A stretch of DNA of 64,000 nt from Lachnospiraceae bacterium (GCA_963661135.1 CAVKZO010000001.1:42051-106050), one strand, 5' to 3'. Positions 12,658 through 22,291 are shown, counted from the first letter of the stretch. Made by a program: numbers and translations. The notes: generated from the sequence alone by a model not told the origin.

Positions 12658-12984
12658 TTATTTTACTTTCCTATTAAAATCATCCAAAGGACTTTTATAG
12701 AAATTTTTTGGATTATATCTAGAAATACATACCAATACAGATTTTGAAGTAAAACAAAGCCAAAAAAACCAAAAAGGAACAATCAAAAACAAGAAATACT
12801 TAGCATCACCAGTAACTTTAGAATAACCAGTTTCTGCATCATAAAAAACTTCTAAAGTAAAAACTGAGTTTAAAATACCAGCAATTATTATTAAATAGTA
12901 TGGAATTAAAAATAAATAAGAAAATATGTGTCTTTTAAACAACTTATATATATTCATATTTAAGATAAATAACACTACAAACAA
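12658..12984 (-). CDS. C-terminal-half paralogue of the 12085..12630 membrane protein (probable frameshift fragment)
   Basis: …YLIIIAGILNSVFTLEVFYD…FLFLIVPFWFFWLCF aligns to the C-terminal half of the intact paralogue. It overlaps the N-terminal fragment by 41 nt in another frame. Confidence 0.4.
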   Translation of the reverse strand: MFVVLFILNMNIYKLFKRHIFSYLFLIPYYLIIIAGILNSVFTLEVFYDAETGYSKVTGDAKYFLFLIVPFWFFWLCFTSKSVLVCISRYNPKNFYKSPLDDFNRKVK

Positions 12985-13198
12985 TCATCAAAGCAAAAAA
13001 TATAAGAGACCAAAAATTAAATGCTATCGACATCGGATCCTCAAAAGTAATACCATTCGTGTTAATAGGAATAATTGCTAATAATGATAAAATATTCAAC
13101 GAAAATATCGTGCAAAAAAAGTGATCATATATTTTTATTTCAGGTAGTTCTTTAACATTTTTAACATTTAAAATTTTATTATAGAATTCTTGTTTCAT
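12944..13198 (-). CDS. N-terminal-half paralogue of the 12085..12630 membrane protein (probable frameshift fragment)
   Basis: MKQEFYNKILNVKNVKELPEIKIYDHFF…NGITFEDP… aligns to residues ~1-90 of the intact paralogue. The ATG chosen at 13198 is just after the stop of the upstream gene. Confidence 0.4.
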   Translation of the reverse strand: MKQEFYNKILNVKNVKELPEIKIYDHFFCTIFSLNILSLLAIIPINTNGITFEDPMSIAFNFWSLIFFALMIVCSVIYLKYEYI

Positions 13199-13199
13199 A

Positions 13200-14165
13200 T
13201 TATAACAATTTACCTTTAACAAATTTCGGATTAAATATAGGATATATTTCCCATCCATAAACAAAACCCATTTCTAGATAACCAAACACAAAAATAATAG
13301 CTAAAACTACAATTATTGCTACACCAATTAATATTAAGATGCTCCCTATAATTATAGATATCACATCATGGGATGCAAATACGGCTACAAATGTACTCCG
13401 AATACTTGAAAATATTCCAGCAATTGACATAATAGTTGACGATATCGCTGATAAATCAATCGTAGATAATTTAGTTAACTCAACTAGATTATTATAAATT
13501 GTTTTAAGAGGACTAGAAATACCTGAAGCATTATTTCTTATTTGTGATGTTCCCCAATTTGCTATTAAATTATAAAACGAAATACAAAGTTCTTTAGAAC
13601 ATTTTAAGCCTATAAAGGCATACAAATTTAGATAATTATTAGTAGAATATTTTATATTTGATTCATTAACAGTCCTAATCGGAAATTCTATACTTTCGAC
13701 ATTTCCATAAGGATTTTCATATTTATAAAATCCACTATTAATATATTTAGTATTTTTAACAGGAAAACTTTCACTCTCGCTATAAATTTCATTATTTGAA
13801 TTAAAATCATATGATAAATCATCCAATTTTTTTAAATTGTTTTTATAATTTGCTACTAGAGTATTTGTACACTCTTTGAATTCAAATTGATCAAAATCAT
13901 CAACTTCATGATAATTAATATCAGTAGAAATTTCATTTTTAATCGATGTTATTTCTTCATTATTTAAATCATCTTCATTATATTTTAACAATTTTTGCTC
14001 GATTACTGAAAAGCTTTCATTTAATGTTAAATCATTATTTAAGTTTAGAACATCAACTGAAGCAAATAGACATTCAATACTTTTTTCTTTATAAGCCTTA
14101 AATTTATTAGCTTCTGTTAATATTTGGCAATTACCTAAAGTAAGTGCACCTGTTAATACTAACAA
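13200..14165 (-). CDS. Hypothetical secreted protein with C-terminal 2-3 TM anchor, unknown function
   Basis: N-terminal hydrophobic signal-like segment (LVLTGALTLGNC). Soluble N/D/E-rich middle with 4 Cys. C-terminal hydrophobic block IMSIAGIFSS…IIGSILILIGVAIIVVLAIIFVFGYL. Start is ambiguous: TTG at 14165 is 19 nt from AGGAGA, and an in-frame ATA is 10 nt from it. Confidence 0.5.
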   Translation of the reverse strand: MLVLTGALTLGNCQILTEANKFKAYKEKSIECLFASVDVLNLNNDLTLNESFSVIEQKLLKYNEDDLNNEEITSIKNEISTDINYHEVDDFDQFEFKECTNTLVANYKNNLKKLDDLSYDFNSNNEIYSESESFPVKNTKYINSGFYKYENPYGNVESIEFPIRTVNESNIKYSTNNYLNLYAFIGLKCSKELCISFYNLIANWGTSQIRNNASGISSPLKTIYNNLVELTKLSTIDLSAISSTIMSIAGIFSSIRSTFVAVFASHDVISIIIGSILILIGVAIIVVLAIIFVFGYLEMGFVYGWEIYPIFNPKFVKGKLL

Positions 14166-14230
14166 ACTTAATATAACTTAATAATCTCCTTTTATTTATT
14201 ATTAATCTTATTACAAAATTGTAAAGAAAA

Positions 14231-14257
14231 AGATGCATCAAATGCATCTTTTAAGAT
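14231..14257 (-). terminator. Rho-independent terminator downstream of prs
   Basis: AAAGATGCAT-TTG-ATGCATCTTT 10-bp stem followed by a T-run in minus sense. Confidence 0.5.
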
Positions 14258-14271
14258 TGATTTAAATAGAA

Positions 14272-15249
14272 TTAATGGAATCTAGCATATTCATCTTTAA
14301 TCTTTTCATGAGATTCATGAGATTTGATGACATCTGCAAGCATTTCAGCAATTGATACTATTTTAATCTTTTTAGAATCTTTAAATTCTGGGTGATTGAT
14401 TGTATCAGTGACACAACATTCTGTTACATAATCAGCTGTAGCAAATTTTTCTAAAGCATTTCCGTTAAATAAAGCGTGAGAAGCACAAATATAAATCTCT
14501 TTAGCACCTCTATCATGTAAAGCCTTAGCACCAGCTAAAATAGTTCCACCAGTATCGATCATATCATCGACCATAATACAGATTCTTCCATCGATATCAC
14601 CGACAATATTTGTAATTTCAGCTACGTTTGGTCTTGGTCTTCTTTTATCAATAACAACAATATTTGTATTAGGAATAAAGTTAGATAAATCTCTAGCTCT
14701 ATACATAGCACCATGATCTGGAGCTACGATTGCAATTTTATCATTTGCATATTTTGGATCCTGAAATTTTTTATTTAAATATTTAGCAAATAAATAACTT
14801 GGTGAACAATTATCAACAGGAATTCCAAAAAATCCTTGAATTTGAGGTGTATGTAATTCACAAGTAATTACTCTTTTTACACCAGCATTTGTAAATAAAT
14901 CAGCGACCATTCTAGCGCTAATTGGCTCATTAATATGAGCGATTCTATCTTGTCTAGCATATCCAAAATAAGGAATGATGAGAGTAACCTCTCTACAATT
15001 CGCTCTTCTAACAGCGTCAACAAAAATCAATGTTTCCATTATTCTATCATTAACTGGTTTACAAGTTGATTGAATAATATAAACTTTCTTTCCCCTAACA
15101 TCACATGTAATATCAGGTGTTGCTAAGCATTCTCCATCGGCAAAATTCTTTACGATACTTTTACTTCTTTCAATACCAATCAATGAACAGACTTTATCAG
15201 TAAGTTCCACATTAGATGAGAGAGCAAAAACAAGAATATCTTTAATCAT
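14272..15249 (-). CDS. prs: Ribose-phosphate pyrophosphokinase
   Basis: Full-length PRPP synthetase with …DDMIDTGGTILAGAKAL… PRPP-binding loop. Confidence 0.95.
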   Translation of the reverse strand: MIKDILVFALSSNVELTDKVCSLIGIERSKSIVKNFADGECLATPDITCDVRGKKVYIIQSTCKPVNDRIMETLIFVDAVRRANCREVTLIIPYFGYARQDRIAHINEPISARMVADLFTNAGVKRVITCELHTPQIQGFFGIPVDNCSPSYLFAKYLNKKFQDPKYANDKIAIVAPDHGAMYRARDLSNFIPNTNIVVIDKRRPRPNVAEITNIVGDIDGRICIMVDDMIDTGGTILAGAKALHDRGAKEIYICASHALFNGNALEKFATADYVTECCVTDTINHPEFKDSKKIKIVSIAEMLADVIKSHESHEKIKDEYARFH

Positions 15250-15310
15250 AATTTCCCCCTTTGATAATTTATTTTAACCCTAAAATTAAGGATTATTTAC
15301 ATTAATGGAA

Positions 15311-15340
15311 AATAAAAGCCCAGCAAAACTAGGCTTTTTA
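15311..15340 (-). terminator. Rho-independent terminator downstream of rpmE
   Basis: AAAAGCC-CAGCAAAACTA-GGCTTTT hairpin, then UUAUUUUCC in minus sense. Confidence 0.5.
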
Positions 15341-15352
15341 TCTTTATAAAAA

Positions 15353-15559
15353 CTATTTACCGCTTCTATATTTTTTATTGAAACGATCAACTCTACCATC
15401 ACTTTGAACAAATCTTTGTTTACCTGTGTAAAATGGATGGCAATTACTACATGTATCAACTCTTATTTCTTTAAGTGTTGATTCGGTTTCAAATGTATTT
15501 CCGCAAGAAACACATGTAACCTTACATTTGTGATAATCTGGATGAATTCCTTTTTTCAT
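15353..15559 (-). CDS. rpmE: 50S ribosomal protein L31 (zinc-binding type, CxxC…CxxC)
   Basis: [28 protein letters not shown]…[12 protein letters not shown] canonical L31. Confidence 0.95.
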   Translation of the reverse strand: MKKGIHPDYHKCKVTCVSCGNTFETESTLKEIRVDTCSNCHPFYTGKQRFVQSDGRVDRFNKKYRSGK

Positions 15560-15659
15560 AATTTACTCCTTCCGCCTAAGATCTAAAAAATAATCTTAAG
15601 AAAGCTTACGTGCGTATAATTTTAACAATAATAATAACTATTTTCAACAATAAATATAA

Positions 15660-16709
15660 TTACTTATGATATTTTTCGTATACTCTTTTATAATACTCTG
15701 ACCATAACTTTTTAACATTCTCTTTACTATAAAAATTTGCTATGTCTTTAGAGTAACCTACAATTTGATTATAAAATTCTTTATCATCTTTTAATTTATG
15801 CAATAACCTTTGAAAATCCTCATTATTTTCACCAGTTAAATAAGGTGATAAAAATATATCTTTATATAAATCTAAATTTCTAACCAAAAATGGAACTTCG
15901 CAATTTACACATTCAAGTAAAGTCATAGGCATTAATTCTTGATATGATGGTAAGAACAAAACATCACATGCATTATATAAATCATTCATCTTTTCTCTAT
16001 CAATAATACCTAAGAACTTTAAATTTTTAGGTGGGTTTTCCATCAATTTTTTAATTTCTTCATATCCTGCAGTCATCTTTTTAAAAGTAAATCCACCAGC
16101 CCAAACAAATTTTAGATCAGGATTATTTTCAGCAATCTTACAAAAATCGATAATTCCTTTTCTTGTTTGAGTTTGTCCTACTCCTAAAACAACAAAATCA
16201 TTTTTATCAAAGCCATATGATTTTCTAACTTCGTTTCTTTTTTCATCATCTAACTTAAAAAATCTTTCATTAGATACAAAGTTTGGAATATATGTAATCC
16301 TATCTTCTTTTAAGCCTATATTTAACAAGTCTTTTTTAAAATAAGGATTAACAACTACTACTTCATCAGCTTTTTTATAAAATTTAATTACATAATTTCT
16401 ATAAATATTGAAAATAAATTTTGGCATCTTTAATGATCCGTCGTCAAACTCAGGAATAAAGTGAACATAACATACATCTATCGCTTTTTTATTCATCTTG
16501 AAATAATGAGGAACATTAACTGTATGAATATGTCTTATATCGTATTTATTTTTATGTTTTCCATTTACTGAAACTTCAAAATCAGGAATGCTTTTTACTA
16601 ATTCAATTTGTTCGATTGCAGCACTTCCAACACCTTGTCCTTTAAATTCTAATCCTTTAACATACATGTTTATTTTTAATTTTTTATCCATAACCATTAC
16701 CTTCTTCAT
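15660..16709 (-). CDS. Glycosyltransferase family 4 (GT-B), possibly a membrane glycolipid (glycosyl-diacylglycerol) synthase
   Basis: GT4 C-terminal motif …LFLPSYQELMPMTLLECVNCEVPFLV… (E-x7-E). 349 aa. Confidence 0.75.
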   Translation of the reverse strand: MKKVMVMDKKLKINMYVKGLEFKGQGVGSAAIEQIELVKSIPDFEVSVNGKHKNKYDIRHIHTVNVPHYFKMNKKAIDVCYVHFIPEFDDGSLKMPKFIFNIYRNYVIKFYKKADEVVVVNPYFKKDLLNIGLKEDRITYIPNFVSNERFFKLDDEKRNEVRKSYGFDKNDFVVLGVGQTQTRKGIIDFCKIAENNPDLKFVWAGGFTFKKMTAGYEEIKKLMENPPKNLKFLGIIDREKMNDLYNACDVLFLPSYQELMPMTLLECVNCEVPFLVRNLDLYKDIFLSPYLTGENNEDFQRLLHKLKDDKEFYNQIVGYSKDIANFYSKENVKKLWSEYYKRVYEKYHK

Positions 16710-16732
16710 TAATTTTACTTTAAAAATGACAA

Positions 16733-16760
16733 AAATTATAGATGTATTATAATATTCATT
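16733..16760 (+). promoter_or_regulatory. Putative sigma-A promoter for tldD
   Basis: ATGACA-16 nt-TATAAT, 20 nt upstream of RBS GGAGG. Confidence 0.35.
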
Positions 16761-16775
16761 TAGGAGGCTTAAAAT

Positions 16776-18185
16776 ATGATAAGTAAAAAATTAGCAGTTG
16801 AATTGATTAATGAAGCTACTGAAACTGGCGCAGATTTTGCTGAAATTTTCTACGAAGACACCTATACAAAAAGTTTTTCTTTTGAACAACAAGAATTACA
16901 AAACATTTCTTGTTCAAATATTAATGGTGTCGGAATTAGAATTTTAAAAGAAAATCAATGTGTTTATGGTTATACAAACGATTTAACAAAAAATAGTTTA
17001 TTCAAATTAGTTCGTAGTTTAAATAAATCATTCTCAACAGGAAGATGTATTGAAAAGATTACTTCGTTTAAAAATCAAAAATATAAAAAAGTAAATAAAG
17101 ATGTAATTAAATTAATGGATGTCGATTCAAAAGATATCATTAATTATGTTAAATCTGGGATTGAAGTTATTGAAAATTACGATAAAAGAATCGTTAGAGT
17201 TGTCGGAGGATTCTATATCGAAAGCAGCGAACGTATTATTTTAAATTCAGAAGGTAAAGAATTTAAAAAACATAATGAATATGGAAGATTATTTTTAAAT
17301 TCAATAGCTAGTGAAAATGGTAAAATTGAAACTAGATTCGATGGACCTGGTTCACAAAGAGGACGGGAATTCTTTACTAAAGATATAAACATTAAAGAAT
17401 TAGCATTAGAAAACGCAAAGAAAGTTATTTTAATGTTAGGTGCTAAAGAATGCCCTAGCGGTCACTTCCCAGTAGTTATCGGAAACGGATGGGGAGGAGT
17501 TATATTCCATGAAGCTTGTGGTCATCAACTTGAAGCAACTTCTGTTAGTAAAGGTTTAAGTGTCTTTACAGGTATGAAAGGAAAACAAATCGCTAATCCA
17601 ATTGTCAGCGCTTACGATGATGGTACAATGCCTAACGAATGGGGTAGTAATGATATTGATGATGAAGGAAACCCAACACAAAATAACTGCTTAATTAAAG
17701 ATGGTATTTTAGTAGGTTATTTAGTTGATGATTTTAATGGAAGAAGAATGGGTGAAAAAGGAAACGGAGCTTCTAGAAGAGAATCATATAAATATAATCC
17801 AACTTCAAGAATGTCAAATACTTATATCGCTCCAGGCAATTCTAGTCCAGAAGAAATTATTAAAAATACAAAACTAGGCTTATATGCTGTCTCATTTAAT
17901 GGAGGTAGCGTCAATCCTGCAGTTGGTGATTTTAATTTCGGATGTAGCGAAGCTTATATTATTAAAGATGGTAAGATTCTTGAACCAGTAAGAGGAGCAA
18001 CTCTTGTAGGTAACGCAAAAGAAATTCTTAAACATATAGATATGATTGGAAATGATGTCGGATTAGGTCAAGGTATGTGTGGATCTAGTAGCGGTAGCAT
18101 CCCAGTTAACGTAGGTCAACCAACAATCAGAGTTGATGACATCACTGTCGGAGGAAGAGGAGGAAGTATCGATGAATACAAATAA
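16776..18185 (+). CDS. tldD: TldD family metalloprotease (peptidase U62)
   Basis: HEACGHQLE metal-binding motif, Gly-rich GxGxxGG C-terminal region, 469 aa. Confidence 0.85.
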   Translation: MISKKLAVELINEATETGADFAEIFYEDTYTKSFSFEQQELQNISCSNINGVGIRILKENQCVYGYTNDLTKNSLFKLVRSLNKSFSTGRCIEKITSFKNQKYKKVNKDVIKLMDVDSKDIINYVKSGIEVIENYDKRIVRVVGGFYIESSERIILNSEGKEFKKHNEYGRLFLNSIASENGKIETRFDGPGSQRGREFFTKDINIKELALENAKKVILMLGAKECPSGHFPVVIGNGWGGVIFHEACGHQLEATSVSKGLSVFTGMKGKQIANPIVSAYDDGTMPNEWGSNDIDDEGNPTQNNCLIKDGILVGYLVDDFNGRRMGEKGNGASRRESYKYNPTSRMSNTYIAPGNSSPEEIIKNTKLGLYAVSFNGGSVNPAVGDFNFGCSEAYIIKDGKILEPVRGATLVGNAKEILKHIDMIGNDVGLGQGMCGSSSGSIPVNVGQPTIRVDDITVGGRGGSIDEYK

Positions 18186-19485
18186 ATTCTTTTTAAAAGC
18201 TAAAGAAAAAGGTATTGAAGTAAGTGAACTTAAAATGAGAAAAAGCACTTCTACTTCTATTTCTGTCTTTAGAGGAGAGATTGATGAAAACGAAGTCGCT
18301 ACCGAATCTAGTATCACTGCAAGAGGTATCTATAATGGTAAGATCTCAGCTGTCTCAACTGAAAAAACAAGTGATGAATCAATAGATTATTTATTAGATA
18401 ACATTATTTTAAATACTCAATTAATTGAGAAAAAAGAAGTACCTAATATTTTTAAAGGTAGTGAAAAATACCATAAGAAAAACACATATTCTAAAGCATT
18501 AGAAGAACGGTCAACTGAAGATGTTTTAAAAACACTTTTTGAAATAGAATCTAAATTAAAAGCAGCTGACCCTAGAGTTAGTGATGTACAAGTTGCATTT
18601 GCAAAAACCGAAGAAGAAAAACAACTTTTAAACTCTTATGGATTAAAACTTAAAAATAAATCTAATTATTTTTATATTTATGCTTCTGTTTATATGCAAG
18701 TTGATGGCGTAACTAAAGACGAAGGAAAGATGGTTTTTGGAACAGACCCTAAAATCGTTAATGCCGATGAAATTGTAAAAGAATTAATCGAAAAAGTATC
18801 ATCTAAATTTGATGCAATCAACTTAGATACTGGAAAATATAAAGGTGTTTTAAATAACGAATCAGTCGCTAGCTTATTAGGTGCATTAATTTCAAATGCA
18901 AGTAGCGAAGAAACACAAAAACACTCTTCATTATTTGAAGGAAAAGTTAATCAAAAGATTTTATCTTCTAAAATAACAGTATATGAAAAACCATTAGAAA
19001 AGAACTGTTTCTTTACATATTTCGATGACGAAGGTGTCGCTACAACAAATAAAGAAGTCATTAAAAATGGTGTTTTGAAAACTTTATTCTATAACCTTGA
19101 AACTGCTAAAAAAGAAAATAGAGAATCTACAGGTAACGGCTACGGAAAATCCAGAATTGGCGTTGGAACTGTAAATATCTTTTTAAAACCTGGAAAATCA
19201 AGTGAAGAAGATTTATTTAAAAAGATTAATAACGGCGTCTACATCACTTCTATCAACGGATTACATGCTGGATTAAATAGTAAAAGCGGTGATTTCTCAC
19301 TTCAAGCTGAAGGTTACTTAATTAAAGATGGTAAACTTGATAAATTCTTAAATTTATTCACCGTAGGTGGAAATTTATTTAAATTATTTAATGATGTAAT
19401 CGCCATTGGAAACAATTCAAAATTATTTGCATCTTCAACAAATTGTCCTTCAATAGCATTTAAAAACTTAAAAATCAGTTCTTAA
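18172..19485 (+). CDS. pmbA: PmbA/TldE family protein (TldD partner)
   Basis: U62-family fold without the HExxxH motif. Start MNTNKFFLKAKEKGI with GGAGGAAG RBS 7 nt upstream, overlapping the tldD stop (ATGA…TAA). Confidence 0.8.
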   Translation: MNTNKFFLKAKEKGIEVSELKMRKSTSTSISVFRGEIDENEVATESSITARGIYNGKISAVSTEKTSDESIDYLLDNIILNTQLIEKKEVPNIFKGSEKYHKKNTYSKALEERSTEDVLKTLFEIESKLKAADPRVSDVQVAFAKTEEEKQLLNSYGLKLKNKSNYFYIYASVYMQVDGVTKDEGKMVFGTDPKIVNADEIVKELIEKVSSKFDAINLDTGKYKGVLNNESVASLLGALISNASSEETQKHSSLFEGKVNQKILSSKITVYEKPLEKNCFFTYFDDEGVATTNKEVIKNGVLKTLFYNLETAKKENRESTGNGYGKSRIGVGTVNIFLKPGKSSEEDLFKKINNGVYITSINGLHAGLNSKSGDFSLQAEGYLIKDGKLDKFLNLFTVGGNLFKLFNDVIAIGNNSKLFASSTNCPSIAFKNLKISS

Positions 19486-19550
19486 TTAAATAAATGTATT
19501 GAAAACTAAAATTAAAATATCTAGAATTTTAAATATTAAGAGGTATTTTT

Positions 19551-20138
19551 ATGAGAAAAAAAGCTAAAGAAGGCGGTTTAGTAGATCAATTTAAAAAATT
19601 TATTAACCGTGGAAACGTTATTGATTTATCAGTAGCTGTCATTATTGGTGGAGCTTTCCAAGCAATTGTTAACGCTATGGTAAACGGAATCTTAATGCCA
19701 ATCATAAGCTGGGCTATCCCATCAGGTGGTATTAACGGAATTGTCACTATTTTAAATTCTGATTCTTGTTTATTAGGTGTTTCTAATCAAACTACTGCTG
19801 CTGACGCTGCTGCTAAAGGAATTACAACTGTTGAATATTGGGGTAATTTATATGATGCTTCAAAAGTTAATGTTATAAACTGGGGAGCATTCATTAACGC
19901 AATTATCTACTTCTTCATCGTTGCATTAGTATTATTCACAATTCTTCAAGTCTTCACTTACTTAAGTAAAAAGAGAAAACAATTTGAAGCTGCTGAATTA
20001 GAAGCATACTACGAAAAACATCCTGAAGAAAGACCAGTTCCTGAAGAACCAAAACCAAAAGAACCAACTGAAGTTGATTTATTAAAAGACATTAAAGCTC
20101 AATTAGAAAAATTAAATTCAGAAAAAGAAGAAAAATAG
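19551..20138 (+). CDS. mscL: Large-conductance mechanosensitive channel with extended Glu/Lys/Pro-rich C-terminus
   Basis: …FKKFINRGNVIDLSVAVIIGGAFQAIVNAMVNGILMPII… matches the MscL TM1 signature. Confidence 0.8.
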   Translation: MRKKAKEGGLVDQFKKFINRGNVIDLSVAVIIGGAFQAIVNAMVNGILMPIISWAIPSGGINGIVTILNSDSCLLGVSNQTTAADAAAKGITTVEYWGNLYDASKVNVINWGAFINAIIYFFIVALVLFTILQVFTYLSKKRKQFEAAELEAYYEKHPEERPVPEEPKPKEPTEVDLLKDIKAQLEKLNSEKEEK

Positions 20139-20146
20139 GAATTATA

Positions 20147-20175
20147 AAAGATGGGTTAAACCCATCTTTTATTTA
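20147..20175 (+). terminator. Rho-independent terminator after mscL
   Basis: AAAGATGGGTTTAAACCCATCTTTT palindromic hairpin followed by T-run. Confidence 0.6.
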
Positions 20176-20182
20176 TATAAAA

Positions 20183-20221
20183 TAGTTGAAAACAATAAGA
20201 ATTCTCAACTATTTTATTTTT
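20183..20221 (-). terminator. Rho-independent terminator after the EF-G-like gene
   Basis: AGTTGAGAA-TTCTTATTG-TTTTCAACT hairpin then U-rich tract in minus sense. Confidence 0.45.
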
Positions 20222-22276
20222 TTACTTTTTAAGTAACGAATTCTTTTCGATTACTTTTGCTTTTAAATTTTCAGGAACTTCTTCGTAATCTTCAAACTCT
20301 CTATTAAAGTATCCACTACCTTGAGTTAATGCTTTTAATTTGGTTACATAATCTAAGCTTTCACTTTCAGGAATTAAAGCAATGATTTGTGTTATATCTT
20401 CTTTATCTATAACATCTTGAACTTTAGCTCTTCTAGAATTTAGATCACTTAAAACATCACCTAAATATTTTGTTTCAACATTAATTGTTACTTTAAGAAT
20501 TGGTTCTAAAATAGTTGGATTGCATTTCATGTACGCTTCTTTAAATGCTAATATTGCAGCCATTTTAAATGCTAATTCATTACTATCAACTGGATGATAT
20601 TTTCCATCAAATAATATACCTTTAACTCCTATGACAGGGAAACCAGCTAACAACCCTTGTTGTAAAGCTTCAAAGAAACCTTTTTCAACTGCAGGGAAAT
20701 AGTTTTTAGGAACACTTCCACCAAAAACATCTTCTTCAAATTTAGATTCTTCACTTGGTAAAAATTTCATTTCAACAACACCATAAAATCCACTTCCACC
20801 AGATTGTTTAATATATTTTCCAACTGCTGAACCTTCTTTTTTAATTGTTTCTCTATAACATACTTTTGGTTCTTCAGTTAATAACTCGATATTATAATTA
20901 TTTTTAATTTTATCTAATATAAATTGTAAATGAGTTACACTCATTCCTCCTAACAACAATTGTTTAGTTTCAACATTACGTTTTACTTCAATTGTAGGAT
21001 CTTCTTTCTTTAATTTAGCTAAAACTGGATTAAGTTTTTCTTCATCTTTTTTATTTTTAATTGTAATAGCTTTAAAGTAAACTGCTGTAGGGAATTTAAC
21101 ACGTTTATAGATAATATAATTATTTTTATCACATAATGTATATGATGTATTAATATCTTCTAATTTAGATATAGCAACAATGTCTCCCGAAATAGCTTCT
21201 GTTGTATTTGTTTGTTGCTTTCCGCACATATAAAACATCGATGTAATCTTAACTAAAGCATTAGTTTCAGGACATAAAACTTCATCGCCAAGATGCAATA
21301 CACCACTATCAATTTTTAAAATATTGATATTTCCTAAATAAGGATCAACTAATGTTTTAATAACATAAGCGCTAAATGGTTCTTCATTATCTGTTTTTCT
21401 ACTAATTTCTTTTCCTTCTTCATCATATCCAATATATGGTTTTAAATCGGTAGGATTTGGTAAATAATCAATAAACATTGATAATAACGTGTGTAAACCA
21501 ATGTTATTTAATGCGCTTCCAAAGATAACTGGGACTAATTCGCCTTTTAAAACACCAGCTCTTAATCCTTTATGTATCTCTTCATTTGTTAAAGGAGTTC
21601 CAGAGAAGAATTTTTCTAGTAATTCATCATTAGTTAAAGCTACAGATTCACATAAAGTATTATGTAATTCGAATACTTTTAGCTTTTTATCTTCATAAAT
21701 TTCATCATCGACACACTCTTTTCCGTTATATTTTCTAGCTTTTAAATCTACAACATTTACAAATCCGTCAAAGTTATCATTATGTCCTAAAGGCATTGTA
21801 AATGGTACACAAATCTTTCCAAAATATTCTCTTAAATTTTGTAATATATCTTCATAATCTGGATTTCCTTTGTCCATCTTATTGACATAAATTATAGTTG
21901 GAATACCTCTTTTTCTTAACATTTTAAAAGATTTGATCGTACCAACTTGTACTTTGCTTAAAGAGTCTACGACTAATACTGCACCTTTACATGAATTAGT
22001 TATAGAAATTCCTTCCCAAACAAAGTCATCATTTCCAGGAACATCTAATAAGTTAATTTTATAGTCGTTATAAAATAAAGGGACTACAGAAGTTGAAACA
22101 GAACATAATCTTGTCTTCTCTTCATTTAAGTAGTCACTTATAGTATTTTTCTTTTCAATAGATCCTTTTTCTTTATTATTCACAATTGAATATAAAGACT
22201 CTACAAGGGTGGTTTTTCCACTACCTTGGTGTCCTAATACAGCTACGTTTCGAATGTTTTTTGACAATAGTGTCAT
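20222..22276 (-). CDS. Elongation factor G paralogue with degenerate GTPase motifs (catalytic His replaced by Asn)
   Basis: 684 aa. EF-G five-domain architecture with P-loop GHQGSGKTT and NKMD. G3 is DVPGNDDF where EF-G, LepA, BipA and Tet(M) have DxPGHxDF. Switch I is divergent (EKTRLCSVSTS vs ERERGITI). Domain IV tip YHPVDSNE is conserved. RBS AGGAGG 8 nt upstream. Confidence 0.8.
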   Translation of the reverse strand: MTLLSKNIRNVAVLGHQGSGKTTLVESLYSIVNNKEKGSIEKKNTISDYLNEEKTRLCSVSTSVVPLFYNDYKINLLDVPGNDDFVWEGISITNSCKGAVLVVDSLSKVQVGTIKSFKMLRKRGIPTIIYVNKMDKGNPDYEDILQNLREYFGKICVPFTMPLGHNDNFDGFVNVVDLKARKYNGKECVDDEIYEDKKLKVFELHNTLCESVALTNDELLEKFFSGTPLTNEEIHKGLRAGVLKGELVPVIFGSALNNIGLHTLLSMFIDYLPNPTDLKPYIGYDEEGKEISRKTDNEEPFSAYVIKTLVDPYLGNINILKIDSGVLHLGDEVLCPETNALVKITSMFYMCGKQQTNTTEAISGDIVAISKLEDINTSYTLCDKNNYIIYKRVKFPTAVYFKAITIKNKKDEEKLNPVLAKLKKEDPTIEVKRNVETKQLLLGGMSVTHLQFILDKIKNNYNIELLTEEPKVCYRETIKKEGSAVGKYIKQSGGSGFYGVVEMKFLPSEESKFEEDVFGGSVPKNYFPAVEKGFFEALQQGLLAGFPVIGVKGILFDGKYHPVDSNELAFKMAAILAFKEAYMKCNPTILEPILKVTINVETKYLGDVLSDLNSRRAKVQDVIDKEDITQIIALIPESESLDYVTKLKALTQGSGYFNREFEDYEEVPENLKAKVIEKNSLLKK

Positions 22277-22291
22277 ATGATTATCCTCCTA

